A DNA stretch of 64,000 nt, from assembly GCA_045107075.1 (NCBI GenBank), contig JBGCFV010000060.1, positions 9,317 through 73,316 on the forward strand, read 5' to 3'. A program made the position numbers and the translations under genes. The DNA comes from Gammaproteobacteria bacterium (GTDB taxonomy: Bacteria; Pseudomonadota; Gammaproteobacteria; Steroidobacterales; SZUA-146). This document shows, one piece after another, positions 48,228-58,400 of the stretch. The notes under the pieces were generated by a model. That model did no database searches. It was not told the DNA's origin and worked only from the letters and a program-made list of their open reading frames with translations. Every line of letters begins with the position of its first letter. Within the stretch, counting starts at the first letter, position 1.

Positions 48228-50312
48228 ATGTTGGAGCGAGGATCACCGGCACCGCAGGGTGCCACGGCCGATGCGAAAGGTGTTAATTTCGCCATTTATT
48301 CCGAACAGGCCGAAGCGGTAGAGCTGTGCTTGTTCGATGAAGCGGGCAACGAAACCGTTCGACATCAGCTCAATAGTACGACCAGCAACGTCTGGTGCGG
48401 ATATCTTCCTGGTTGCAAGGTAGGTCAGCACTATGGCTATCGCGTGCATGGTCCTTACGCTCCCCAGAGAGGACTGAGGTTTAATCCGCACAAGCTTTTG
48501 CTTGATCCTTACGCTAAACAGTTAAGCGCGCCACTAATATGGTCCCCCGAGTTATTTGCTTATGGCCATGCTCAACCTGACCATCCGGCGGCCATGAGCA
48601 AAACGGATAGCAGCGCCTACATGCCCAAGGGAGTAGTGGTTGGCGCGAGCTTGCCTGCTTACAGCCCTACCAATCAGCGTCCGTGGTCAGAGTCGGTAAT
48701 ATATGAGGCAAACGTGCGCGGCTACACCATGCAGCATCCTGACGTACCGACTGAAGATCGGGGTACGTTTCGTGGTATGACCAATGGCAACGTGCTCGAT
48801 TATATAGTGGCTCTGGGAATAACTTCGGTTGAACTTCTTCCGGTACACGAATTTGTTGACGAACATTTTCTGGTTGAGAAAGAACTGAAGAATTTTTGGG
48901 GTTACAACACGCTGAACTACTTCTCTCCGTCCAGTCGCTATCTTGACGGCGGTAGTCGTGAACAGTTTCGTGCCATGACAGACGCAATACATGATCGAGG
49001 TTTGGAGGTCATTATTGACGTGGTGTATAACCACACGGCGGAAGGTAACGCATACGGTCCCTCTTTGAGTTTTCGCGGTATCGATAACCTGACGTACTAC
49101 CGCACGCTGCCGCACGACGGCGCAACGTACATAAACGATACGGGCTGCGGTAACACGCTAAACATCGATCACCCGCAGGTTCAAAACCTGGTGCTCGACA
49201 GTTTGCGTTACTGGCATCAGGAAATGGGCGTGGACGGTTTTCGCTTCGATTTGGCACCGATACTCGGGCGCACACCTCACGGGTACACCAAAGAACATCC
49301 ATTCTTCAAAAGTCTGGATCAAGACCCTGTGCTGAAGTCAGCTAAGATGATTGCCGAGCCGTGGGACATTGGTCCGGGTGGTTATCAGCTGGGTAATTTT
49401 CCGGTGCGTTGGTCGGACTGGAACGACCAGTACAGAGATACGTTAAGAAGTTTTTGGCGAGGTGACCATCACCAGGCGGCCAATTTTGCAAGGCGTGTTC
49501 ACGGTTCGGCCGATATCTTTGAGTCGAGCGGTCGAGGGCCCACAGCGAGCGTTAATTTTATCACTAGCCACGATGGTTTTACGCTTCAGGATTTAGTCAC
49601 CTATGAATCCCGACACAATCTTGATAACGGCGAAGACAACCGCGACGGTCATCAGCATAACTACAGCTGTAACTACGGAGTGGAAGGCCCTACGCACGAT
49701 CTTGAAATAAATCTCATGCGCCGCCGTCATCGTCTGAACATGTTGGCCACGCTGGTGTTTTCTCAAGGAGTGCCCATGCTGCTAGCCGGTGACGAGCTGG
49801 GTAATTCACAGGGCGGCAATAACAACGCCTATGCGCAGGACAATTCAATCGGATGGGTTGACTGGGAGGGCTTGCAGCGCGACCCTGAATTCACCGACAT
49901 CGTCAGAAAGCTGATCGGGTTTCGACGTGGACACTCGCTGTTAAGACAAGAAGACTATAGTCACGGTGTTACCCGAAGTCGTGAAGGGTTGTCGAACATT
50001 CACTGGCTAATGCCAAACGGCAAGACCGCTACCGAAGAGGAGTGGCAGATGACTCAGGCACTGGCGGTGGTGCTAACGGATATGCCCAAGAACGAATCGC
50101 GGCGCGTCGATTCCGCCCTTATTGACGATGCTATTGCCGTTTTGTTTAACGCCTCTGACTCCGAGTTAAACTTTCATTTGCCGGACATCAAACGGAATGT
50201 ACGCTGGCGCCTGTTGTTCAGCACCGGTCCGCTTCGACCCGGCAAGCAGCGTATCAATAACTGGTTGACCGAATCCAAGTCGGTGACCGTTCTGACGTGG
50301 TCGGAAGACTAA
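48228..50312 (+). CDS. glgX: glycogen debranching enzyme
   Basis: The N-terminal CBM48 (GVNFAIYSEQAEAVELCLFD) and GH13 motifs align with GlgX. Confidence 0.9.
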   Translation: MLERGSPAPQGATADAKGVNFAIYSEQAEAVELCLFDEAGNETVRHQLNSTTSNVWCGYLPGCKVGQHYGYRVHGPYAPQRGLRFNPHKLLLDPYAKQLSAPLIWSPELFAYGHAQPDHPAAMSKTDSSAYMPKGVVVGASLPAYSPTNQRPWSESVIYEANVRGYTMQHPDVPTEDRGTFRGMTNGNVLDYIVALGITSVELLPVHEFVDEHFLVEKELKNFWGYNTLNYFSPSSRYLDGGSREQFRAMTDAIHDRGLEVIIDVVYNHTAEGNAYGPSLSFRGIDNLTYYRTLPHDGATYINDTGCGNTLNIDHPQVQNLVLDSLRYWHQEMGVDGFRFDLAPILGRTPHGYTKEHPFFKSLDQDPVLKSAKMIAEPWDIGPGGYQLGNFPVRWSDWNDQYRDTLRSFWRGDHHQAANFARRVHGSADIFESSGRGPTASVNFITSHDGFTLQDLVTYESRHNLDNGEDNRDGHQHNYSCNYGVEGPTHDLEINLMRRRHRLNMLATLVFSQGVPMLLAGDELGNSQGGNNNAYAQDNSIGWVDWEGLQRDPEFTDIVRKLIGFRRGHSLLRQEDYSHGVTRSREGLSNIHWLMPNGKTATEEEWQMTQALAVVLTDMPKNESRRVDSALIDDAIAVLFNASDSELNFHLPDIKRNVRWRLLFSTGPLRPGKQRINNWLTESKSVTVLTWSED

Positions 50313-50339
50313 CTCCTTAAAACTGAAATCGGATAATTT

Positions 50340-50361
50340 GAGCTCCGGTAACTGATTTTTA
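50340..50361 (+). terminator. hairpin after glgX (weak terminator candidate)
   Basis: gtaactgat-tttt-atcagttac is a perfect 9-bp stem with no following T tract. Confidence 0.3.
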
Positions 50362-50674
50362 TCAGTTACGCCTCGGCCTGTATTGATATTCAAAATGTTG
50401 AGCGGCCACCGGTAGCATACTCGCGCGAAATCAGTCGGAAGCAGGCAAATTGTCGTTTTTTGTAATAATGAGCTGTACTTTCTAAAACGGACCAAACGGT
50501 AAGGTTTACTGGGTCTCGGCTTCGATATCGTATATTTATCAGGTGTCTAGGTGTCTTCTTACTGATTGTGCTCAGCCAAATTTATACGCCGACAACGGTC
50601 ATACGACTTGTTCTGCAGCGGTGTGGCTTTATGTATACAGCTTTGTTCAGGTTGCCGTTCGGTATAATTTTGCA

Positions 50675-51355
50675 ATGCAAGAAAATCCAAAACATAGAGT
50701 GGTTTATCCGATCAGGTTAGCGGTGCTCGTGCTCTGTTTCAGTATGACCATTAGTGCGTCTGGGCAGGGAGAAGCCGAACAAATAGTAGCCAGAGACGAT
50801 GATCGTTTGGTCACGATAAGCACGGCGGCCAAATCAGATCCTCCCGCGGTCTTCGGGTGGTTAGAAAAAATCATCCTCTCTCCCGAACTGCGTTGGAAAC
50901 TCGATGCCAAGCTGGATACAGGAGCTGACACGTCGTCACTGGACGCTATTAAAATTCGACGAGTTCGAGTTAAAGGTAAACGTTACGTTCGGTTTTCTGT
51001 CAGGAATCCGGAAACCGGCGAAACCGTTTCGTTGCGCAGACCTTATGTTCGAACGGTGCGAATAAGGCAGCACAGCGGGGATCATCAGAAGCGATATGTG
51101 GTGCTCATGGAAGTGTGTCTTGGTGACGCCGAGCGAATGATTGAAGTAACGCTGACGAACAGGGAAGACTTCGATTATCCCGTGCTACTCGGTCGTAGTG
51201 CTCTCGCTGGGCTTGCGGTTGTTAACTCGTCTTCAACTTATACAAGCGAGCCAGGCTGTCGTAATACTTTCGGGCCCACAATTGAAACCGTTGAAGAGAA
51301 CCGGCCCGTAGCGCCTGAAAATGCAGAGTCTGCAAGCGATTCGTTTGCGCAATAA
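50675..51355 (+). CDS. ATP-dependent zinc protease-like (DUF785, retropepsin-like) protein
   Basis: KLDTGADTSSLDA is a retropepsin-like D-T-G motif. There is a signal peptide after M at 50675. The track ORF begins at 50543. Confidence 0.55.
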   Translation: MQENPKHRVVYPIRLAVLVLCFSMTISASGQGEAEQIVARDDDRLVTISTAAKSDPPAVFGWLEKIILSPELRWKLDAKLDTGADTSSLDAIKIRRVRVKGKRYVRFSVRNPETGETVSLRRPYVRTVRIRQHSGDHQKRYVVLMEVCLGDAERMIEVTLTNREDFDYPVLLGRSALAGLAVVNSSSTYTSEPGCRNTFGPTIETVEENRPVAPENAESASDSFAQ

Positions 51356-51560
51356 AAAGGAATTTAAATGCGAAACACTTCAGCTTTGCTGTCCGTCACT
51401 GGACGTAGAAGACTTGATGCTCTGTCATGCACCTGCCAGCGCGCGAGCAGTATACGCGGTTCATTCAGACCGGACATACACTCAGTGGTAGCGGTGCTTT
51501 GCGTTGGCGCTGGTTCAAGTTTGCTCGAATCCATTTGTGCAGTATCAAAATGTGGCGTGC

Positions 51561-53093
51561 ATGTTCGTGCGTAGACAGGTCATTATTTTGGCCACGTTGC
51601 TGGCAGCCGTTGGCATCAGCCTGTTTTTGTACAAAGCCTTTCAGCTTGGTATTCCTCTTGAGCAAAACGCGAGTTCTGAAGTGTGGACAGTTGAGGCTCG
51701 TCTGGCATTTAGAGGCCAGGGCGGACCGGTAAAAGCGCAAATGTTAATTCCCGGTAATTCGCCAGGTTTGGGTATTCTCAACGAGAATTTCGTGTCGCGC
51801 GGTTTTGGTCTTAGTACTCAGGAAAATGAGAGCGGGGAGAGGTTGGCGTCCTGGTCTTTGCGTCGGGCACGCGGCCCACAGGCGGTTTACTACCGGCTGT
51901 CTGTTTTTCAGGAAGCCAAATCGCCAAGCGGCCGACCCGTACCCGATTTCCCACAGGTTCCCGTACTGGAAGAACCCTTCACGACGGCATTGCAAGACCT
52001 CGTGGCCGACGCGCGCGAACGCTCTGCCGATATAGCTTCTTTTACAACTCAAATGCTTCGGCGCATTAATAGCCCAACCCCCGACGAAAATGTAAGTCTG
52101 TTCCTGAATGCCACGACCAGCACGATGGAGAAGGCAAGGTTGACGCAAACATTGTTAGCCGGTGCACGTATTCCCACCCAGATCGCGAATGGCTTTGAGT
52201 TAAAAGACGAGCCGCATGTGGAGATGATCAAGCCCTGGCTTGAGGTTCACAATGGCGAGGAATGGTTATCGTTTAATCTCGAAACAGGCGAGCAGTTTTC
52301 TCCTGACCGATATTTAACGTGGTTCTATGGTGACAAATCGTTCGTTACAGTAACCGGTGCGCGTAACATTGAGACGGAGGTTTTTCTTCGCAAAGAAGTT
52401 GTAGACAGTATTGCCGTGGCTGAACATCGGGCAATGAATCAGGGTTCTCATGCAATGGAGTTTTCGTTATTCAACCTGCCGATTCGAACTCAGGCGGTTT
52501 ACGGAGTGCTGCTCATGATTCCGATTGGAGCGCTGGTAATGGTGCTTATGAGAAACGTTATTGGTGTGCCAACGTTTGGCACCTTTACACCAATTCTCGT
52601 CGCATTGGCTTTCCGGGAGACACAGCTCGTTTATGGCATTGTTCTGTTCACGCTCGTCGTGGCATTGGGTTTGCTGGTGCGCTTTTATTTTGAAAAGCTG
52701 CGACTGCTGCTGGTGCCAAGACTCGCGGCGGTGCTCACGGTAGTAGTCTTGCTCCTGATTGTAATCAGTATATTCAGTAATCGGCTTGACCTAGAAACCG
52801 GTCTGTCCGTGGCGCTGTTTCCCATGGTTATTCTCACGATGGTTATCGAGCGAATGTCTATAGTGTGGGAAGAGCGCGGCTCTGGTGCGGCGCTGTCGGA
52901 AGGTTTTGGCAGTCTGATTGTTGCCACCGCAGCGTATCTTGTGATGAGCGTAGAGCAGTTACAGTATTTGCTATTTGCGTTTCCAGAACTGTTGCTTATT
53001 GTGCTCGGCGTCTGTTTACTGCTGGGTCGTTACACCGGGTTCCGAATTTCTGAATTAGTCCGCTTCAGAACGCTGGCCAAGCCTCAAGCATGA
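51561..53093 (+). CDS. 7TM membrane protein with inactive transglutaminase-like domain (UUP1 family)
   Basis: An N-terminal TM helix and a large soluble domain are followed by about 7 C-terminal TM helices. The protein is encoded immediately upstream of the RimK-like ligase, as in the known conserved triad. Confidence 0.55.
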   Translation: MFVRRQVIILATLLAAVGISLFLYKAFQLGIPLEQNASSEVWTVEARLAFRGQGGPVKAQMLIPGNSPGLGILNENFVSRGFGLSTQENESGERLASWSLRRARGPQAVYYRLSVFQEAKSPSGRPVPDFPQVPVLEEPFTTALQDLVADARERSADIASFTTQMLRRINSPTPDENVSLFLNATTSTMEKARLTQTLLAGARIPTQIANGFELKDEPHVEMIKPWLEVHNGEEWLSFNLETGEQFSPDRYLTWFYGDKSFVTVTGARNIETEVFLRKEVVDSIAVAEHRAMNQGSHAMEFSLFNLPIRTQAVYGVLLMIPIGALVMVLMRNVIGVPTFGTFTPILVALAFRETQLVYGIVLFTLVVALGLLVRFYFEKLRLLLVPRLAAVLTVVVLLLIVISIFSNRLDLETGLSVALFPMVILTMVIERMSIVWEERGSGAALSEGFGSLIVATAAYLVMSVEQLQYLLFAFPELLLIVLGVCLLLGRYTGFRISELVRFRTLAKPQA

Positions 53094-53103
53094 GGATGCT
53101 CAC

Positions 53104-54057
53104 GTGTTTATAGCGACTCCAGCTCAACTGCGGCGTGCAGGTGTAGTCGGAATTAACAAACGCAATGCTGATTGTATTATGCAGTACAACCAGCGGCGCC
53201 TTTATCCGCTTGTCGATAACAAAATATTAACCAAGAATTTGGCGCAAGAAGCCGGTATGGGTGTGCCCGAGTTGTACGCTGTAATTGAAACGCAGCGCGA
53301 CGTATCGCGTTTACAAGACATTCTTATCAAGCACGAGCAGTTTGTCATGAAGCCCGCACATGGCAGCGGCGGTGACGGTATTTTAGTCATAGAAAATGTG
53401 ACAGAGCGTGGTCTCCTTCGGCACGATGGCACCAATCTCAGCTTCGACGAAGCCCGTTACCACGCGTCAACGACGCTGAGTGGCCAATACAGTCTTGGCG
53501 GGCTTCCAGACAAGCTGATGGTGGAGTACCGCGTTCTGTTCGATCCTCTTTTCGAAAAAATCTCGTATCAGGGTGTGCCGGACATTCGCGTAATCGTTTT
53601 TCAGGGTTACCCAATCATGTCTATGGTGAGACTGCCTACGCGTGCGTCAGGTGGCAAAGCAAATCTTCATCAGGGGGCGATTGGTGTTGGTATCGACATT
53701 GCCACTGGCGTAACCAACACGGCTTCAATAGGAAACGATGTGATAGATGCACATCCGGATACCGGGCATCCGATTGCCGATTTGGAAATACCCGGCTGGA
53801 ACGACATACTCGTATTGGCCGCGCGCTGTTTCGACATCACTGGCCTGGGTTACCTGGGAGTTGATATTGTATTGGACAAAGATCGCGGGGCGCTGATTCT
53901 TGAACTAAACGCACGTCCGGGTTTGAATATTCAGGTGGCCAACTCGACGGGGCTTGGGAAACGCATTGAGGCCATTGAGGCGTTTAGAACAAAAGACGTG
54001 AAGGCTGAACTAAGGGTTTCACGATCTCGCGAATTGTTTTCTGCTGGTAGCCGGTAG
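53104..54057 (+). CDS. alpha-L-glutamate ligase-like protein (RimK-family ATP-grasp)
   Basis: VMKPAHGSGGDGILVI and the ATP-grasp C-terminal motif LELNARPGL. Confidence 0.8.
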   Translation: MFIATPAQLRRAGVVGINKRNADCIMQYNQRRLYPLVDNKILTKNLAQEAGMGVPELYAVIETQRDVSRLQDILIKHEQFVMKPAHGSGGDGILVIENVTERGLLRHDGTNLSFDEARYHASTTLSGQYSLGGLPDKLMVEYRVLFDPLFEKISYQGVPDIRVIVFQGYPIMSMVRLPTRASGGKANLHQGAIGVGIDIATGVTNTASIGNDVIDAHPDTGHPIADLEIPGWNDILVLAARCFDITGLGYLGVDIVLDKDRGALILELNARPGLNIQVANSTGLGKRIEAIEAFRTKDVKAELRVSRSRELFSAGSR

Positions 54058-54533
54058 CCGTTTTTGGGCGCTGCCCTCTTGAGTCAGGCAGGTCGATACG
54101 CCAATCGCGGCGGGAAATCGCTCCTACAACTGCCCCGTATGTGCGTAGAGTCGTATCTTGTAGCGACGACGGGCCCGTTGATGTCCAGGAGCGGCATCTT
54201 GCCGCGATGAAATACGCTGAGTCTTTGAGAACTGAAAACAGCTCTCGCCGCAGCCAGCTCAGCCTGCAGGGCTAAGCAAGAAATCACCTTAGGGTGTTCT
54301 TGAGCCTGATTTGGAACTTAAGAGCCGTACCATCCAATACTGTCATCGTTCGTCATTAAGCTGCTATTTTCTTTAGCATTGCTACTCAGCCGCACTTCGA
54401 ACAGTTCATTTGAAAACCAACAGTGAGCGAAATTCGCGTCATATTATGAAACCATTTTTCGCTTTGAGGCATCATATTGATTGGGGATGTAAACGCGGCG
54501 CCGCCTGCCATTCAATCAACGGGGATTAAAACC

Positions 54534-55433
54534 ATGCTTGAGCTCAAAAACGTTACTCATGTCTATCCAAATGGGACCAGAGCGTTGGATCACGTGACTC
54601 TGTCTGTGCCAAAAGGCATGTTTGGACTTCTGGGGCCTAACGGCGCAGGCAAGTCCACTCTGATGAGAACGGTTGCGACGCTTCAAACGCCGACCGAAGG
54701 CTCAATAACGTTTGGTGATATTGACGTTTTAAACAGTCCCGAGAGTCTTCGTGAACAGCTTGGTTACCTGCCCCAGGACTTTGGCGTGTACCCCAGAGTG
54801 TCAGCTTATGACATGCTCGATCACATGGCTGTGTTGAAGGGCATTGCGAGCAAAGCCGATCGCAAAGCCACTGTCGAAACCTTACTGAATCAAACCAATT
54901 TGTGGGAGGTGCGTAAAAAAGCCATCGCCGGTTTTTCAGGTGGCATGCGTCAAAGATTTGGTATTGCTCAGGCTCTTATTGGTAACCCCAAGCTGATCAT
55001 CGTCGATGAACCCACGGCCGGACTCGATCCGGAAGAGCGCAATCGGTTTTTGAATTTGCTGGCCGAGATTGGTGAGAACGTGGTCATTATACTTTCGACG
55101 CATATCGTTGAAGACGTATCTGACCTGTGTCCCAATATGGCGGTATTGGCAAACGGCCGCATTCAGCTAGAGGGTGTTCCGCAAGACTTGATTGAACAAA
55201 CCAAGGGCACTATTTGGTCCAAGATTATCAAGCGGGATGAACTCTCTCGCTATCAACAAGACTACGAGGTCATTTCAACCCGGCTTTTCGCTGGCTCTAC
55301 CATTATCAATGTGCTCAGCCCAGACGACCCCGGTGCGGGATTCGCTTTGGCCGATGGTGGTTTGGAAGACGTCTATTTCTCTACGCTGACAAAGACGCGA
55401 CGCAACTCAGCTGCCAGTTCAGCAGCGGCGTAG
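54534..55433 (+). CDS. ABC transporter ATP-binding protein
   Basis: Walker A GPNGAGKST, signature FSGGMRQRFGIAQAL, Walker B LIIVDEPTAGLD. The start is at MLELKNV with a GGGGA RBS. Confidence 0.85.
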   Translation: MLELKNVTHVYPNGTRALDHVTLSVPKGMFGLLGPNGAGKSTLMRTVATLQTPTEGSITFGDIDVLNSPESLREQLGYLPQDFGVYPRVSAYDMLDHMAVLKGIASKADRKATVETLLNQTNLWEVRKKAIAGFSGGMRQRFGIAQALIGNPKLIIVDEPTAGLDPEERNRFLNLLAEIGENVVIILSTHIVEDVSDLCPNMAVLANGRIQLEGVPQDLIEQTKGTIWSKIIKRDELSRYQQDYEVISTRLFAGSTIINVLSPDDPGAGFALADGGLEDVYFSTLTKTRRNSAASSAAA

Positions 55434-55446
55434 GGCGGGGCTTAGC

Positions 55447-58400
55447 GTGTTTGCAAAAATTGCTGCGTTTGAGTTGCGCTATCAACTTAGGAACCCGGTT
55501 TTTTGGGTCGTCTCAATTTTGTTTTTCCTGCTGACGTTCGGATCCGTAGTATCAGAGAACTTAAGTATTGGCAGTGGCGGAAATGTTAACGCGAACAGTC
55601 CGGCCGCACTGGCCGAAATCACCATTATACTAACCATCTTTTTCATGTTCGTGACGACTGCTTTTGTCGCCAACGTCATTGTTCGTGATGACGAAAGTGG
55701 TTTCGGTCCAATGGTTCGGTCGACTCGCGTGAGTAAGTTTGACTACCTGTTGGGACGTTTTACGGGTGCGTTTGGTATATCAGCTGTAGCGTTCCTTGCG
55801 GTGCCGTTTGCCATTTGGTTAGGCTCGCTAATGCCGTGGATCGATCCGGAAACATTGGGTCCAAACAGATTGAAGCACTTTCTCTACGCCTACTTCATTC
55901 TGGCTTTACCTGGACTTTTTTTAACGTCAGCCTTGTTCTTCGCCGTTGCGACCATAACACGATCAATGATGGCGAGTTACGTGGGCGTTGTTCTGTTTTT
56001 GGTGCTGTATCTCATTTTCAGCGCGGCGACAGAATTTAACCCAGACTATCTATTGGCAGGTGCCTACCTTGAGCCTTTTGGGGGTGCTGCCTATAGCTAT
56101 CTGACGCGCTATTGGACGGCCACAGAAAGCAACAGCATGATGGCTCCGATTGGCGGTGTGCTGCTTATTAATCGTTTGATTTGGCTGGTTGTGTCTTTGC
56201 TGGCGCTTTGGTTTGCGTACGCGAAATTTTCGTTCGCAGAACGCGGCCTGTCAAAGCGTGGGCTGGCCAAGCAGCAAAAACAGGCGGCAAGACTTGCCAA
56301 GGTAGCGCCGGCTGTTGTTGATGCGTTGCCCGATGCGGAAGGAAGTTCTTCGTGGGCCCGTCTGGTTACACGGTCGCGACACGAGATGCGCCAGGTATTC
56401 AGAAGCCCAGCCTTTTTTGTGTTGATTCTGATTGGCTTGTTCAACGCGGTTGCCGCGCTCTCTTTCGCTCCGGGTCTTTATGGCACACCGGGCTATCCGC
56501 GCACGTTCACAGTCATCGGCGTTCTGGAAGGCGCGTTCACAATCATTCCTCTAATTATTGCCATTTTCTACGGCGGTGAGCTCGTGTGGCGCGACCGTGA
56601 TATGAAAATGCATGAAATCATTGACTCCAGTTCATTGCCGAACTGGGCTTTTATGGTTCCCAAAACGCTCGCTGTTGTTGGCGTGCTACTCGGCACCGTC
56701 GTCATTTCGACCATCGGCGCGCTGCTCGTTCAGCTGGCGGGTGGCTACACGGAGTTTGAGCTGGGTAAATACATAAGCTGGTACATTCTCCCGTCTACAG
56801 TCGAAATGTTTTCGCTCGCTATCCTGTCGGTGTTCGTGCAAGCGCTCAGCCCAAACAAATACATCGGCTGGGGCATCATGATGTTGTACATGGTGGCGAT
56901 GATTACGTTTAATATTCTCGGCTTTCAACACCCGCTGTATTTATTTGGTCGTGGCATCGGAGTGCCGCTTTCTGACATGAACGGCGCAAACGTGGGCGAA
57001 ACCGGTGCGTGGTGGCTGCGTCTCTACTGGGGTGCGTTTTCGATCATGCTGGCGACCTTTGCTCATTTGCTGTGGAGGCGTGGTACTGCGGTGAGTGTTA
57101 AAGCGCAGTTCAAACAGCTGCCGGCACGCATATCGGCGGGCGCTGGGGCCGTGCTCGGCGCGGCGGCACTGGTATTTGTGAGCAGTGGTTTGTACATATA
57201 CAACAACATCAATCGTATTAATCCCTACCAGAATCGTTTGTTTGCGGACGAGCAGTTGGCCGAGTACGAAAAGAAATACTTGCCTTACGAGAGTATCAAA
57301 CAGCCGTCATTTACGGCCATTACGTTGAACATTGATTTGTATCCGGAACAACAGCTAATGAACGTTGAAGGCTCCGCCAAAATTGTCAACGATACGGGGG
57401 CGCCTGTAGAGGTGCTGCACGTGCGCTTTGAGGACACGGTCGTCAAAGTCGAAGAGGTGACAATTCCTGATGCGACTCTCGAAATGAATGACGAAGAGAT
57501 GCGTTATCGCATTTATCGCTTCGACCAGCCAATGCAGGTCGGTGAAACCCGGGATATCGCGTTTCGCACGTCGCGCGAGCAGAGAGGCTTCAAAGCTCGC
57601 GAGAACGATACGCGGCTGGTTCAAAACGGTACGTTCGTAAACAATTTGGAGTTTGCTCCGAGTCTGGGAATGAGTCGTAACGGGCTGTTAACCGATCGCG
57701 CTACCAGACGTAAATACGATCTGCCTGCCGAGCTGCGGTGGCCCAAACTCGAGGACGAGTCCGCCCGGCAGCAAAACTACGTGGGTAATATTGACTGGGT
57801 AATGTCCGATATCACCGTAACCACGAGTGCCGACCAGACCCCGATTGCGCCAGGCAGCCGGGTTTCCGACGAAGTTATTGGCGAGCGACGCACGGCCCGA
57901 TTTGTGTCGAAAAGTCCTATTTTGGCTTTCTTCTCTGTCCAGTCTGCAAACTACGACGTGGTTCAGCGCTCGGTAGACGGTGTAAACATGGAGGTGTACC
58001 ACCACCCGGAGCACGATATTAATGTTGACAGAATGCTGGATGCGACCGAAACCTCACTCGACTATTACAAGAAGAATTTTGGACCGTATCAGTTTGGCTA
58101 CGCGCGCATCATTGAGTTTCCGGGCTACGCCCAATTTGCACAGGCGTTTGCCGGTACCGTTCCTTATTCAGAGCGGTTGGGCTTTATTGCAAACCTCAGT
58201 GATGAGGAAGACATTGACTATGTGACGTATGTGACGGCTCATGAATTTGGCCATCAGTACTGGGCCCATCAGTTAATCAGTTCGTTCCAACAAGGCGGTA
58301 CCATGCTGGTCGAAACCATGGCGCAGTATTCAGCGCTTATGGTAATGAAAGAATTATATGGTGAAGAAAAGATACGCCGGTTTTTGAAATACGAGCTGGA

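Noticed and set aside
51368-51574. 68-aa ORF with a strong AAAGGAA RBS between the DUF785 and 7TM genes
   Set aside because: It overlaps the probable start of the 7TM gene. Its translation is Arg/Cys/Ser-rich without recognisable features. It is kept only as a note within the triad finding.
54084-54287. 67-aa minus-strand ORF downstream of the RimK-like gene
   Set aside because: No RBS, no recognisable domain, and located in a probable regulatory region.
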